From Armatimonadota bacterium (GTDB taxonomy: Bacteria > Armatimonadota > UBA5829 > DTLH01), in NCBI GenBank assembly GCA_039680575.1, contig JBDKSP010000046.1, forward strand, positions 1 through 54,263: DNA of 54,263 bases, in the 5' to 3' direction. Numbering within the stretch: the stretch's first letter is position 1; every line of letters begins with the position of its first letter. Shown piece by piece: positions 9,054 to 18,999 of the stretch. A model generated the notes under the pieces. That model made no database searches. It had not been told where the DNA came from and saw only the letters and a program-made list of their open reading frames with translations. A program made the translations under genes and the position numbers.

Positions 9054-11627
9054 TCACGATATCCAGATCATCTGCATCTCGACCACAAACCACACACCGT
9101 TGATCTTCTTTAGTCGCACATCAAACCCAGTTGCGCTCAATGGCCCATAGTAAGCAACGATATGGGTTTTTGCTTCGGTCTTGTCTGAATTCCATAAAAC
9201 CACATTGTTTTTGTCGGACTCGTAGACCTTCGCTCCATCAAGGTCATACTCGGGTGGGCGAAAACTGACGTTGGGCTTTGCCTGTTCTTTGCGCCAAGTT
9301 GTGTGAGGTTTGTCCTTAATGTTGGCACATAGTGTAATCCACTCACGCCCCATCAGTTCAAAAGGCTGGATATTATCGGGCACATAGACAGTGAGAGGTG
9401 TGCAACTGCTGTCCGTAAATCGGAACCGGGCTTCGAATGTGGCTGCCAGCACCTGTTCAGTATCATTCAATTGCCGTGGCGCCGACAGAGGATTCTTGTC
9501 TTCTGAGTCCCTGATGCCATCGCCGTCAGTATCGGCGGCATTCGGATTCGTACCCAATCGAGTTTCGAGGATGTCGGTCCAGCCGTCTCCGTCGCTATCC
9601 TTCAAGAGCTTATTGTCAGTCGTCAGATCAAGCCAATCCTTACCTTTCATCTCAGATTCGGTGACACCCGTAAAGATCAGATGTGCCCACTTGCCATTTT
9701 CTTGTTTGGCGATCCACAGGTCTCTTCCCGAACCCGCCGCCGGACATGCAATCAGTCCCCATCTTGTGCCGCTCTTGTCGGATTTGACTTCAACCAACTC
9801 GACCCATGAATGATCGGACAATTCGGTTTCGTTATCAGAAACCTGCGCAGGCAGACTATCCAAACCAGTCATTTGATCTATAGATAGAATTGTTCTTGTT
9901 GTGTCCTTTGAAGCAATGACTGCAGATGCTCCGGCGTCTCCTCCGGTGCGAGCGAGATTCTGAAATGCTGCACACCGGAGAGTTGGGGCAGCCTTCAGAT
10001 CACGCAGTTTATCTATCATAAATGAAACGGCTCGCTTGTCGCTGGATTTGGCAAGCACTGTCATTGCGAGATCATGCATTCTGTTCTCATGAAAAGCTGA
10101 TTCATCACTGATCGGCTGCTTTTGCATTTCGGACAGAGCAAATGGCACCAAGACCTGATCATCTCCATAATGCACTAGCCAGCCCATAGCCTCACCCAGC
10201 AAATCTTGTGCTGCACTGTCCTGCAGCAGACTCATAACATCCGATGTGTGCTTAGGCGTGGCGAGAGCAAGCAGAATCTTCAGAGCATCATCAAGCTGCT
10301 CATACTGTTTGTATGAATCTTGCTGCCCCGTTCGGTCTACATTCCCTGCACTTGCCTTCTGATAAGCGCTCAGCCGCTGACGGACCACAGGAAGCACCGA
10401 TGCAAATCCCTCATCACCAAGTGATATTAGCATTCGCTTCTCACTCCGACTCAATCTATCGATTCGAGAAGCAAGACTCTGGGCTAGAATAGTTCGCGCT
10501 GCCGGATCGCTTGGAGCATTGTTGGGCTTACCGTTCGCCACAACACCGACCCACGGGCTACCGAGCATCAGCAAGCCATCCTTCATCAATTGAATATCGT
10601 TGCCTCCAAGATCAGGAGTCGGATTGATCCACAATTGCTTACCGGCAGAATCGAATGCAAAGAGTGCATCATCAATCGAGACAAGCACGTGGTTTGAATC
10701 AACAACAGGAGCAGAGGATCGGTGAATTCCTGCCTTGCACAGCTCCGCTCTCCAAGCTTGGCTGCCATCATCTGTATTGACGGCGTAGAGGTAACCATCC
10801 CAGGAAGCAAACACTACGAGGTTTTCAAATATGGCAGGCGCAGTATATACCTGATCACGTGATCGGAAGCTCCAAAGCTCTTGGCCGGTCGCTATGTCGA
10901 TAGCGACTATCCCGCCAGCATCGTAAGTCGCATAAATTCGATGTGAGTCAAATGCGAGTCCACTAACCGATACGCTGCTCTCTCCAGCAGGCACAGCAAG
11001 TTTGTGCCGCCAGATAATCTTACCGGACGACGGATTCAAGCAGATCACTTCCCCGGCTTTGGACGCTATGTACAAACGTTTTCCAATCAAGATTGGCTTG
11101 GCTGCAAGACCTGCATCGCGGTTCTGCTTTGCGGCGACCGTAGGGCTGTCGATCTTCATTGTCCATCTATTCTTCATGGTTTTGAGATCGACTGCTGCCA
11201 GGATTCCATTCTGCAGTTCACAAAACAGAGTTTCCCCATAGACGCGAATAGGAGACGAGAAACCCTGGCGCTTAATACTCCACCGCTCTTTCCCGGTGTT
11301 GGGATCACAGGCCATAAGCTTCCATTCACCGATAGAGGCATACAGAGTTCCACCGGAGTAATCGAGGTTGGCGCCGAAGCCTTTGCCTTCAATCGATTTC
11401 TTCCAGCGAAGCTTGCCCGATGCCAGATCCAATGCGCCGAATGTCTTATCTGTCGCAAAAAACACTGTTTTTGCGCCAGTGCAGATTTCACCAGTGGAGC
11501 CATCACAGTCGTACGCCCAGACTTCCCTGAGTGACGAGCCTGCGCATATCGCCTGCTCGCCAGCGTAGGCAAAGCCGGAACACATACAAAACATTGCTAG
11601 TGTTACTGTTGCAAGGAACCTGAGCAT
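9054..11627 (-). CDS. Secreted PQQ-like beta-propeller (BamB-like repeat) protein with Ca-binding DxDxDG repeats
   Basis: Signal peptide MLRFLATVTLAMF...AYA. Repeated ALDxxxGKxxW blades. DSDGDGWTD...GTNPNAADTDGDGIRD repeats near the C-terminus. Confidence 0.8.
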   Translation of the reverse strand: MLRFLATVTLAMFCMCSGFAYAGEQAICAGSSLREVWAYDCDGSTGEICTGAKTVFFATDKTFGALDLASGKLRWKKSIEGKGFGANLDYSGGTLYASIGEWKLMACDPNTGKERWSIKRQGFSSPIRVYGETLFCELQNGILAAVDLKTMKNRWTMKIDSPTVAAKQNRDAGLAAKPILIGKRLYIASKAGEVICLNPSSGKIIWRHKLAVPAGESSVSVSGLAFDSHRIYATYDAGGIVAIDIATGQELWSFRSRDQVYTAPAIFENLVVFASWDGYLYAVNTDDGSQAWRAELCKAGIHRSSAPVVDSNHVLVSIDDALFAFDSAGKQLWINPTPDLGGNDIQLMKDGLLMLGSPWVGVVANGKPNNAPSDPAARTILAQSLASRIDRLSRSEKRMLISLGDEGFASVLPVVRQRLSAYQKASAGNVDRTGQQDSYKQYEQLDDALKILLALATPKHTSDVMSLLQDSAAQDLLGEAMGWLVHYGDDQVLVPFALSEMQKQPISDESAFHENRMHDLAMTVLAKSSDKRAVSFMIDKLRDLKAAPTLRCAAFQNLARTGGDAGASAVIASKDTTRTILSIDQMTGLDSLPAQVSDNETELSDHSWVELVEVKSDKSGTRWGLIACPAAGSGRDLWIAKQENGKWAHLIFTGVTESEMKGKDWLDLTTDNKLLKDSDGDGWTDILETRLGTNPNAADTDGDGIRDSEDKNPLSAPRQLNDTEQVLAATFEARFRFTDSSCTPLTVYVPDNIQPFELMGREWITLCANIKDKPHTTWRKEQAKPNVSFRPPEYDLDGAKVYESDKNNVVLWNSDKTEAKTHIVAYYGPLSATGFDVRLKKINGVWFVVEMQMIWIS

Positions 11628-11833
11628 GATGAGTGTCCTCTCAAAATGTTAGTCAGTAGCCTTAGTAATATTCGGCGAATCTTGCTCCTCGGCCTCCCTG
11701 AGAATGGAGGTTGCCTTGGCTAAGCAGCCGCTAATTTGGTAAGATGGTGGCAATTCTATCACTATAGATTCACGACTCGTGTGCGCCTGGTAGCATCGAA
11801 ACCGAGGCTAAATGCCGCGAGTAGGGAAATCCG

Positions 11834-13240
11834 ATGCTCTTAACTATCACAACAACTCGTTCACCGGCCACCGATCTCGGTTACCTTCTGCACAAGAATC
11901 CAGCGCGGGCGCAAGTCTTCGAACTGGCATTCGGGCAGGCGCACGTCTTTTATCCTGATGCCGACGATGATCGCTGCACTGCGGTGCTGCTATTGGATGT
12001 CGATCCAGTGGCCCTTGTTCGCGGCCGAAAGAGCGGTCCGGAGAGCTTTGCACTCGGGCAGTATGTGAACGAGCGGCCGTACGTGGCGTCGTCGTTTATG
12101 AGCAATGCGATTTCGCGAGTCTTTGGCACCGCGATGGGCGGCAGGTGCTCGGACAAGCCCGGACTCGCTGATATGGAGATTCCACTTGTAGCAAAGCTGT
12201 CGGTTGTTCCCTGTCGCGGCGGCGAGGACCTGCTTCGGCGGTTGTTTGAGCCGCTAGGTTACTCAGTGACGGCCGAGGGATATGCGCTGGATGAGAAGTT
12301 CCCTGATTGGGGCGAGAGCACGTTATTTACGGTGACCCTGGAGAAAACCTGCCAGCTGAGCGAGCTGCTTACGCATCTGTATGTGCTGATACCAGTCCTG
12401 GATGATGAGAAGCACTACTGGGTCGGGGAAGACGAGGTAGAGAAGCTCCTTAAGCACGGCGAGGACTGGCTTTCCTCTCACCCGGAAAAGGATCTTATCG
12501 TAAAGCGCTACCTGCGGCACCGCCGGAACCTGATGAGCCAGGCGATGGCGCAGCTTATGGAAGAGGACACGCCGGACCCGGACGGGGTTCAGGAAACCGC
12601 CGCACAGGAAGAATGGGTTATTGAGGAGCGGATCAGCCTCAACGAGCAAAGAATGGGCGCTGTGGTTGCGGCACTCAGGTCCGCTGGCGCAAAGCGGGTG
12701 CTCGATCTCGGCTGCGGTGAAGGTAAACTGATCTCGGCCCTTCTCAAAGACAAGGAGTTCGTCGAGATAGTAGGTGTGGATGTATCCTACCGTACTCTTG
12801 AGAAGGCCCAGGACAAACTGCACCTGGAGAAGATGGCGCCAATGCAGCGCGAGCGCATCAAGCTCCTGCACGGGTCGCTGATCTATCGCGACAAGCGCCT
12901 TGAAGGCTATGATGCGGCCGCAGTAGTCGAAGTAATCGAGCATATGGATTTAGCCCGTCTGGCGGCTTTCGAGAGGGTGCTATTCGAGTTCGCGAAACCT
13001 GGGACAGTGGTGCTGACGACTCCAAATGTTGAGTATAACGTAAAGTGGGAGAGCTTGCCCGCAGGCAAGATGCGTCATCGTGATCACCGGTTCGAGTGGA
13101 CGCGAGAGGAGTTCCAGGCGTGGGCAAATGGCATCGGCGAGAGGTTCGGCTATAGCGTTCGCTTCCTGCCCGTGGGGCCGGAGGATGCGGAAGTCGGGGC
13201 GCCGACACAGATGGCGGTGTTTGAGAGGGATGCGCGATAA
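11834..13240 (+). CDS. hen1: Bacterial Hen1, 3'-terminal RNA ribose 2'-O-methyltransferase
   Basis: Hen1-L N-terminus MLLTITTT..PATDLGYLLHKNP, QYVNERPY, KHYWV. MTase motifs VLDLGCGEG, EVIEH, RHRDHRFEWTR. Confidence 0.95.
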   Translation: MLLTITTTRSPATDLGYLLHKNPARAQVFELAFGQAHVFYPDADDDRCTAVLLLDVDPVALVRGRKSGPESFALGQYVNERPYVASSFMSNAISRVFGTAMGGRCSDKPGLADMEIPLVAKLSVVPCRGGEDLLRRLFEPLGYSVTAEGYALDEKFPDWGESTLFTVTLEKTCQLSELLTHLYVLIPVLDDEKHYWVGEDEVEKLLKHGEDWLSSHPEKDLIVKRYLRHRRNLMSQAMAQLMEEDTPDPDGVQETAAQEEWVIEERISLNEQRMGAVVAALRSAGAKRVLDLGCGEGKLISALLKDKEFVEIVGVDVSYRTLEKAQDKLHLEKMAPMQRERIKLLHGSLIYRDKRLEGYDAAAVVEVIEHMDLARLAAFERVLFEFAKPGTVVLTTPNVEYNVKWESLPAGKMRHRDHRFEWTREEFQAWANGIGERFGYSVRFLPVGPEDAEVGAPTQMAVFERDAR

Positions 13241-15411
13241 TGTCGAGAAGCATCCATACCAACCGCAAGGACATCATCGAGTTGGCCCGATGGAAGTATG
13301 CCGATCCCGAAGTTCGGCGAGCTGAGGCTCAAGAGCTATGGGCGGATGTTCGCCGAAAGCGAAGGGCAAAGCGCCAAGTGAAGGGCGAACGTGCTGCTGA
13401 GAGTGGGCTTATCGTGGCTTCAGAGGTCGAGTCCATACCGATATCGATGCGTGACGCCGGGCAGTTCGTGCATTTCCCCACGTCTCCTGATGACGTACGG
13501 AATGTGATGCGCCTGTTGCCGGGTGGATCGCTGGATGGGCTTGCCCGGATCGAATTATGCCTTGGAGCTGAATACCAGAAAGATCCTTCGGTATATGATC
13601 CAGAAGATGGCTACAAACCTGACCCGCTTGTAGGGCGCATCGGTGATGAGATGCTCCCCGGCATCTACAGGGGGCACTGCCTGGGCTATTATAGCCGGCC
13701 GCACTCGGTAATCCGTGTTTTCGCTTATGTATACGATCCTGAAAAGGTCGATGTGCGCTTATGGGAAGTCTATCTGCGCCTGCAAATGCTCGCGACCGTC
13801 GTCCACGAGATCGCGCACTCAGTTGATCTCACTACGCGGGTGGCAAAAGACCGCTGGTTGGCTGATGACAAGTCGAAAGTCGAAATGTATGCCGAGAAGC
13901 TGGAATACTCCTGGCTCATGGACTGTGTGGTTCCTTACCTGGAGACGAAGTATTCCGATGAGACGACAGCGCTGCTCGATTGGATAGAGTATTACGGCGG
14001 CGACCGTATCAGTCTTGCTCTGCTTGCAGGAGAGCCGCGCCGCACCGGAACGAATGGGATGATGCGCCTTGTTATAGAATCTTCGGAAGCTCTGCATGAT
14101 TTAGCCCGATCAGTTGCGGATGGTAAGGGTCTCAGGGAATCACGGCTGGACTTCGCCAGGTACCTTCACTATGCTGAGATGAACTCGGAAGCGTTGCGAA
14201 TAGTAGATCGAGTTGTGGCTGAATGCTCCAGTGATGCGGAGGCACTGACATTAAGGGCCGACGTGCTCTACGATCTGGAGGAATACGAGCAGAGCCGCGT
14301 GGCCGCCGAGCAGGCGATCTCGCTGGATGCCGATTCCGAAGACGCATGGACATACCTATCCTTTGCACACACGGAGCTTGGGAATTGGTATGATGTCATT
14401 CGGGTGACGACGCACTTGCTCGATCACTTCAATCTGCGCAAAGGCCTCAAAGCCAACACTCTTGTTCGCCGTGCACATGCCATGCTGAACACCGGCGACT
14501 TGCATGGCATGAAGCGTGACCTGGAGCTTGTGACGCAGGCGAGTGAGACGCCATTCACTCGCTGGCAGGTCACAACCGTTCGTGCGTTACACGAAGCCTG
14601 GATAGGTATGGACGGGACTAAGAAAATGAGCGAGGCAACCGAAGAGAATGAGCGCCCAACTTCAGAGCTGGTCGCGAAGGCTCTTGCAGTGCTGCCGGAC
14701 CGTGAGGATGCCTATTGGGATTCTGTCAGGGTGTTGTGGATGCATGGGGACAACGAAGTCTTCGAAGAGGCGAAGCGCCTGTGCTCAAGTGAGAAAGCAC
14801 CGGAGAGGCAGTTAGGCGTAGATATCCTTGGACAACTAGGTGTGCCAGAGCGGAAATTCGCTGGAGAATCCGTTCGGATTATCACTGAGATGTTGCGGAA
14901 ACAAGGTCTGTTGCGCAAGGAGCAGGATCCGAACGTACTCTATTCGATAGGCATTGCACTCGGGCATCTTGGCGACCCAAAGGCGGTGAAGCCGCTTGCC
15001 GGCATGTCCGAGCATCCTTGTGCCGCTGTGCGCTATGGCGTTGCTTTCGGCCTGTGTGGGCACAAGAACAAGCTGGCCGTGAAGGTTTTGATCGAGCTGT
15101 CGTCGGACCCATACGCGTTCGTACGGAACTGGGCAACATCTGGGCTGGCGCGGCAGATCGACCTGGATACTCCGGCAATACGCGAGGCACTTGTCCAGCG
15201 TGTAGATGATGAGGATGACGACACTCGCGCCGAAGCTTTGATCGGTCTTGCCGCCCGAAAAGATGAGCGTGTGATTGAGCCCCTGATCCTTAAACTGGGA
15301 CGGGCTGATGTGTCGGAGTCGGTGATCGAGGCTGCTGAGAAGATGGCTAATCCGAGATTGCATCCCGCTTTGGCGGAGTTGAGCCGCATTCGAGAGGTTG
15401 GAGTGAAATGA
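13240..15411 (+). CDS. Fusion: HExxH (zincin-like) domain + TPR + C-terminal HEAT (PBS-lyase-like) repeats
   Basis: VVHEIAH at 13804-13818. TPR-like EALTLRADVLYDLEEYEQS...AISLD. HEAT block from the in-frame ATG 14626 (VRYGVAFGL, VRNWATSGL). Confidence 0.7.
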   Translation: MSRSIHTNRKDIIELARWKYADPEVRRAEAQELWADVRRKRRAKRQVKGERAAESGLIVASEVESIPISMRDAGQFVHFPTSPDDVRNVMRLLPGGSLDGLARIELCLGAEYQKDPSVYDPEDGYKPDPLVGRIGDEMLPGIYRGHCLGYYSRPHSVIRVFAYVYDPEKVDVRLWEVYLRLQMLATVVHEIAHSVDLTTRVAKDRWLADDKSKVEMYAEKLEYSWLMDCVVPYLETKYSDETTALLDWIEYYGGDRISLALLAGEPRRTGTNGMMRLVIESSEALHDLARSVADGKGLRESRLDFARYLHYAEMNSEALRIVDRVVAECSSDAEALTLRADVLYDLEEYEQSRVAAEQAISLDADSEDAWTYLSFAHTELGNWYDVIRVTTHLLDHFNLRKGLKANTLVRRAHAMLNTGDLHGMKRDLELVTQASETPFTRWQVTTVRALHEAWIGMDGTKKMSEATEENERPTSELVAKALAVLPDREDAYWDSVRVLWMHGDNEVFEEAKRLCSSEKAPERQLGVDILGQLGVPERKFAGESVRIITEMLRKQGLLRKEQDPNVLYSIGIALGHLGDPKAVKPLAGMSEHPCAAVRYGVAFGLCGHKNKLAVKVLIELSSDPYAFVRNWATSGLARQIDLDTPAIREALVQRVDDEDDDTRAEALIGLAARKDERVIEPLILKLGRADVSESVIEAAEKMANPRLHPALAELSRIREVGVK

Positions 15412-15447
15412 AAGATGGGCCTCCATGCCGTCCGCTGAGGGAACAAG

Positions 15448-16491
15448 ATGAGTGACACAAGACAAGAGCGAGATCCTCGATCTACTGACGAGATCATCGC
15501 TGACGCGCTGCTACAAGAAGATGATGATGCACGCTGGGGGTTGATTACGGCACTGCACTTCCGTGGCACGCGTGATGTATTTGAGGCGGCTCGAAATCTC
15601 ACTGAGAGCCTTAACCCGGACGAACGTTGTCTGGGAGCGGATATCCTCGCACAGCTCGGCATTCCGGAACGCAGCTTTCCGAATGAGGTGCGCGATGTCC
15701 TGCTCGATCTTCTGAAAAGTGAACATGATGCGGATGTTCTTCAGTCTGCCTGTACTGCGTTTGGTCACAACAAGGACTTCCACGTTGTGGAGCCTCTTGC
15801 CAGACTGAAGTCGCATCCGAGCGCTGATGTTCGCTATGCGGTGGTGTTCGGATTGCTGGGCCAGGAAGACGAAGCTGCAGTTCAAGCACTTATCGAACTC
15901 TCTACGGACGCCGATGATGACGTGCGCAACTGGGCCACTTTCGGGCTGGGCCAGCAAATCGACCTGGATACGCCCGAAATTCGCGAGGCGCTGATCAGTC
16001 GTTTGGATGATGAATATGATGCGGTTCGCGGGGAAGCACTGCGTGGTCTGGCGTGCCGCGATGATGAGCGCTCTATCGAGCCACTGATCCGGGAGCTTGA
16101 GGCAATCACGGAAGCGGACGAATGGTGGGACTACGCATTCGGGGCTGCCGAGAACATGCCTGACTCACGGTTGTATCCGGCGCTGATCGCGGCGAAAAAC
16201 AGCGGCATCGATGATCGGACTCTCGATCACGCCATTGCACTCTGCCGCATTCCCGCGCCGGAAGAGGGAGAAGATAAGCTGACGGATGCACCGACATCCT
16301 GTCCCGTTTGTGGGCGCAGACGGGCGTTCAAGAAATCAGACGGTTGGCAGTTCTGCAAGAGGTGTGGATGGGCCGACGATCTCGATCAGCGTGCGGTTTC
16401 AGATTCAAGAGAGGGGTACAACCGCTGCTCTCTAAACCAGGAGCGAGAACGGTGGAGGCATAGACTCGAGATGGCGAGGAAGAAGCAGTGA
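15448..16491 (+). CDS. HEAT-repeat protein with C-terminal CPCC-like cysteine-rich domain
   Basis: HEAT repeats (VRYAVVFGL, VRNWATFGLG, VRGEALRGLA). C-terminal CPVCG...CKRCGWADD...GYNRCSL. Confidence 0.8.
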   Translation: MSDTRQERDPRSTDEIIADALLQEDDDARWGLITALHFRGTRDVFEAARNLTESLNPDERCLGADILAQLGIPERSFPNEVRDVLLDLLKSEHDADVLQSACTAFGHNKDFHVVEPLARLKSHPSADVRYAVVFGLLGQEDEAAVQALIELSTDADDDVRNWATFGLGQQIDLDTPEIREALISRLDDEYDAVRGEALRGLACRDDERSIEPLIRELEAITEADEWWDYAFGAAENMPDSRLYPALIAAKNSGIDDRTLDHAIALCRIPAPEEGEDKLTDAPTSCPVCGRRRAFKKSDGWQFCKRCGWADDLDQRAVSDSREGYNRCSLNQERERWRHRLEMARKKQ

Positions 16492-17408
16492 CCGGAGAAT
16501 TGTACTCATCGCTGGTTCCCACTGGCACAGAGATTGTTACGCGCGTAGTCACCAATGATCACCCGTCAGGTTCAGTAGGTGTAATTACCGCGTCGCCGGC
16601 TGACAACACACACTCCTATCAGATCCGGTTAGTGGATGGTGCCGAGGTCAGCTTGCGTCGGGAGGAGTTCGCTATTCTCAAACATTTCCAGCGGCACGGA
16701 ATCGATGAACCGGGAGCGGTGCTTGCCGAGTATGACCTGTATGACGGCGTGATCTACCGGTGTGTGGTCGGCTCGCGGGCGTATGGGCTAGGCGGTGATG
16801 AGTCAGACACCGACAGGCGAGGAATCTATCTTCCACCGGCTGATTTGCATTGGTCGCTGTATGGCGTGCCTGAACAGCTTGAGAACAAGGAGACCGATGA
16901 GGTCTACTGGGAGCTTCGCAAGTTCCTGATCCTGGCACTCAAAGCCAACCCGAATATACTGGAGTGCCTCTACACGCCGATTGTGGAGATGGCGACTCCG
17001 CTCGCTCAGGAACTGCTCGATATGCGAAAGGTGTTTCTTTCGAAGCTGGTCTACCAAACCTACAACGGCTATGTGATCTCGCAGTTCAAGAAGCTGGAGC
17101 AGGACTTGCGCACGCGCGGAGAGATTCGATGGAAGCACGCGATGCATCTGATCCGGCTGCTTCTCTCGGGTATCACAGCGCTTAGGAAGTGTTATGTGCC
17201 GGTAAGCGTGGAGGAATATCGGGATCAGCTTCTAGCGATCCGGCGAGGGGACGTGCCGTGGGAAGAGATTGACGCGTGGCGGTTGGATTTGCACAAGCAA
17301 TTTGATGAAATCTATGAGGAAACATCTTTGCCTGACAGGCCGGACTATGCGCGGGCGAATGCGTTTCTGATAAAAGCGAGGAAGATGAGGGCAATGGAGA
17401 ACAGATGA
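16488..17408 (+). CDS. DNA polymerase beta-superfamily nucleotidyltransferase (RlaP family) with small N-terminal beta domain
   Basis: GSRAYGL...SDTDRRG, KANPNILECLY, WKHAMHLIRLL. Lies within the Hen1-Pnkp operon. Confidence 0.85.
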   Translation: MTGELYSSLVPTGTEIVTRVVTNDHPSGSVGVITASPADNTHSYQIRLVDGAEVSLRREEFAILKHFQRHGIDEPGAVLAEYDLYDGVIYRCVVGSRAYGLGGDESDTDRRGIYLPPADLHWSLYGVPEQLENKETDEVYWELRKFLILALKANPNILECLYTPIVEMATPLAQELLDMRKVFLSKLVYQTYNGYVISQFKKLEQDLRTRGEIRWKHAMHLIRLLLSGITALRKCYVPVSVEEYRDQLLAIRRGDVPWEEIDAWRLDLHKQFDEIYEETSLPDRPDYARANAFLIKARKMRAMENR

Positions 17409-17701
17409 TGGGGCTCAATATATTTCGCGATGAGGCAGGAGCTTTTCTGGATGCAATCGGAAAGCCCAGTGAGAACAGTGAGGCTATCCTCTCAATGCTA
17501 AAAGATGAGATGGCAGAACTGAGCATATCACTTTCAGACAGTTCTCGGCTGCGACATCAGATCTACGATATGTTGTTTCTCTTGTTTGAGTTGGCATTTC
17601 GACACAATCTCGATATGGACACCGAGTGGCAGATTGGACACGTGCGGAAGCAGGCCAAATACCTGAGTTCTGTGCCACCAGTTAATGAAAATGATAATTG
17701 A
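17405..17701 (+). CDS. Small MazG-like all-alpha NTP pyrophosphohydrolase-fold protein
   Basis: LKDEMAEL...QIYDMLFLLFELAFRHNLDMDTEW resembles the MazG EExxE...ExxD helical hairpin, partly degenerate. Overlaps both neighbours. Confidence 0.55.
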   Translation: MMGLNIFRDEAGAFLDAIGKPSENSEAILSMLKDEMAELSISLSDSSRLRHQIYDMLFLLFELAFRHNLDMDTEWQIGHVRKQAKYLSSVPPVNENDN

Positions 17702-18470
17702 CCGCAGGCTTGTGACTGTGATCGAGGAACATCCATACCCGCTGCTGTTCGCGACAATCAGCGGGGCGCATCTCTACGGCTTCCCTTCGCCTGATTCCGA
17801 TTATGACCTGCGCGGGGTGCATATCCTGCCCGTTGCAGACGTGGTCGGACTGGAGCCATGCCGGGAGACAGTAGAGCTAACGGAGGTACGGGATGGTCTC
17901 GAGATTGACCTGGTGACCCATGACATCCACAAGTTCTTTCTGCTCCTATTGAAGAATAACGGATATGTGCTGGAGCAGCTATACTCGCCGTTGATTGTGC
18001 ACACAACGCCGGAGCATGAGGAATTGAAGCAGATCGCCAGGTGTTGCATTACTCGGCATCACATCCACCACTACCTGGGGTTCGCGCAGACTCAGTGGAA
18101 GCTCTTCGAGAAAGAACAGCCGCGCCGGGTGAAGCCACTGCTATATACTTTCAGGGTGCTGCTAACCGGCATTCACCTGATGCGCAGGGGCGAAGTCGAG
18201 GCAAATCTGCTTCGGCTTAATGAGGCTGCGAAGCTGTCGTATATTGATGAACTTGTGGATCGAAAGATGTTGGGAGCAGAGCGGTCAGTGTTGGATGATG
18301 TGAATGTATCGTTCTATGAGGCCGAATACAACCGGCTCCGGGCTGAGCTGGAAGACGCTTTCACAAAGAGCACGCTGCTGGAGCGGCCGTCATGCAAGGC
18401 GGCGCTGAATGATCTGCTTATTAGGGTCCGCTTAGAGTCGAGACCTCCAAGGGAGGCACGCAGTGGCTAA
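17685..18470 (+). CDS. Second RlaP-family nucleotidyltransferase
   Basis: SGAHLYGFPSPDSDYDLRGVH, NGYVLEQLYSP, KPLLYTFRVLLTGIHLM. Confidence 0.85.
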   Translation: MKMIIDRRLVTVIEEHPYPLLFATISGAHLYGFPSPDSDYDLRGVHILPVADVVGLEPCRETVELTEVRDGLEIDLVTHDIHKFFLLLLKNNGYVLEQLYSPLIVHTTPEHEELKQIARCCITRHHIHHYLGFAQTQWKLFEKEQPRRVKPLLYTFRVLLTGIHLMRRGEVEANLLRLNEAAKLSYIDELVDRKMLGAERSVLDDVNVSFYEAEYNRLRAELEDAFTKSTLLERPSCKAALNDLLIRVRLESRPPREARSG

Positions 18471-18999
18471 GCAGCGAAATGACGACGAGAAGTGGGACGC
18501 TATCGCCGGCGTCGATGGCCGCACACGCGTTTCCCAGACCCTTGGTTCAGATCCCAACAAGGCTCTTGCCATTGCGCGTTCCATAGAGCATCCGTGGTAC
18601 CGATGCCAGGCGCTGGCCGAAGTCGTTGATCATCTGGATGACAAACAGCAAAGATCGGCGATCATCAGGGAAGCCTTGAATGCGGCGATGGAAAACGTTG
18701 AGCCGAATCCTGTTCGTCGGCAGGACGCCGCAGTGGTTCTCGTATGGCACATTCCCGATATGCCCGAAGAGTCTCTTCGCGCAGTTATGAATGCCTTTGA
18801 AGCTGCGTGCGGTGAGGGTGTGGGATGGAAGACCGGATACAACCTGCGATGGATGGCAGAGCTTATCAATACACGTGACCATGGAAAGGCCGTGGAACTC
18901 GCACTGATGTCAGGGAACCTGAGGAGCAAACGACGTGCCCTACGTGCCATTGGCGAACGAGAACTTGCAGAGAGGTACTATGAAACTAACCATCCCTGA
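18463..18999 (+). CDS. Hypothetical alpha-helical protein
   Basis: Overlaps the upstream and downstream genes. Repeat-like ALAIARSIEHPWYRCQALAEV. Confidence 0.6.
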   Translation: MAKQRNDDEKWDAIAGVDGRTRVSQTLGSDPNKALAIARSIEHPWYRCQALAEVVDHLDDKQQRSAIIREALNAAMENVEPNPVRRQDAAVVLVWHIPDMPEESLRAVMNAFEAACGEGVGWKTGYNLRWMAELINTRDHGKAVELALMSGNLRSKRRALRAIGERELAERYYETNHP

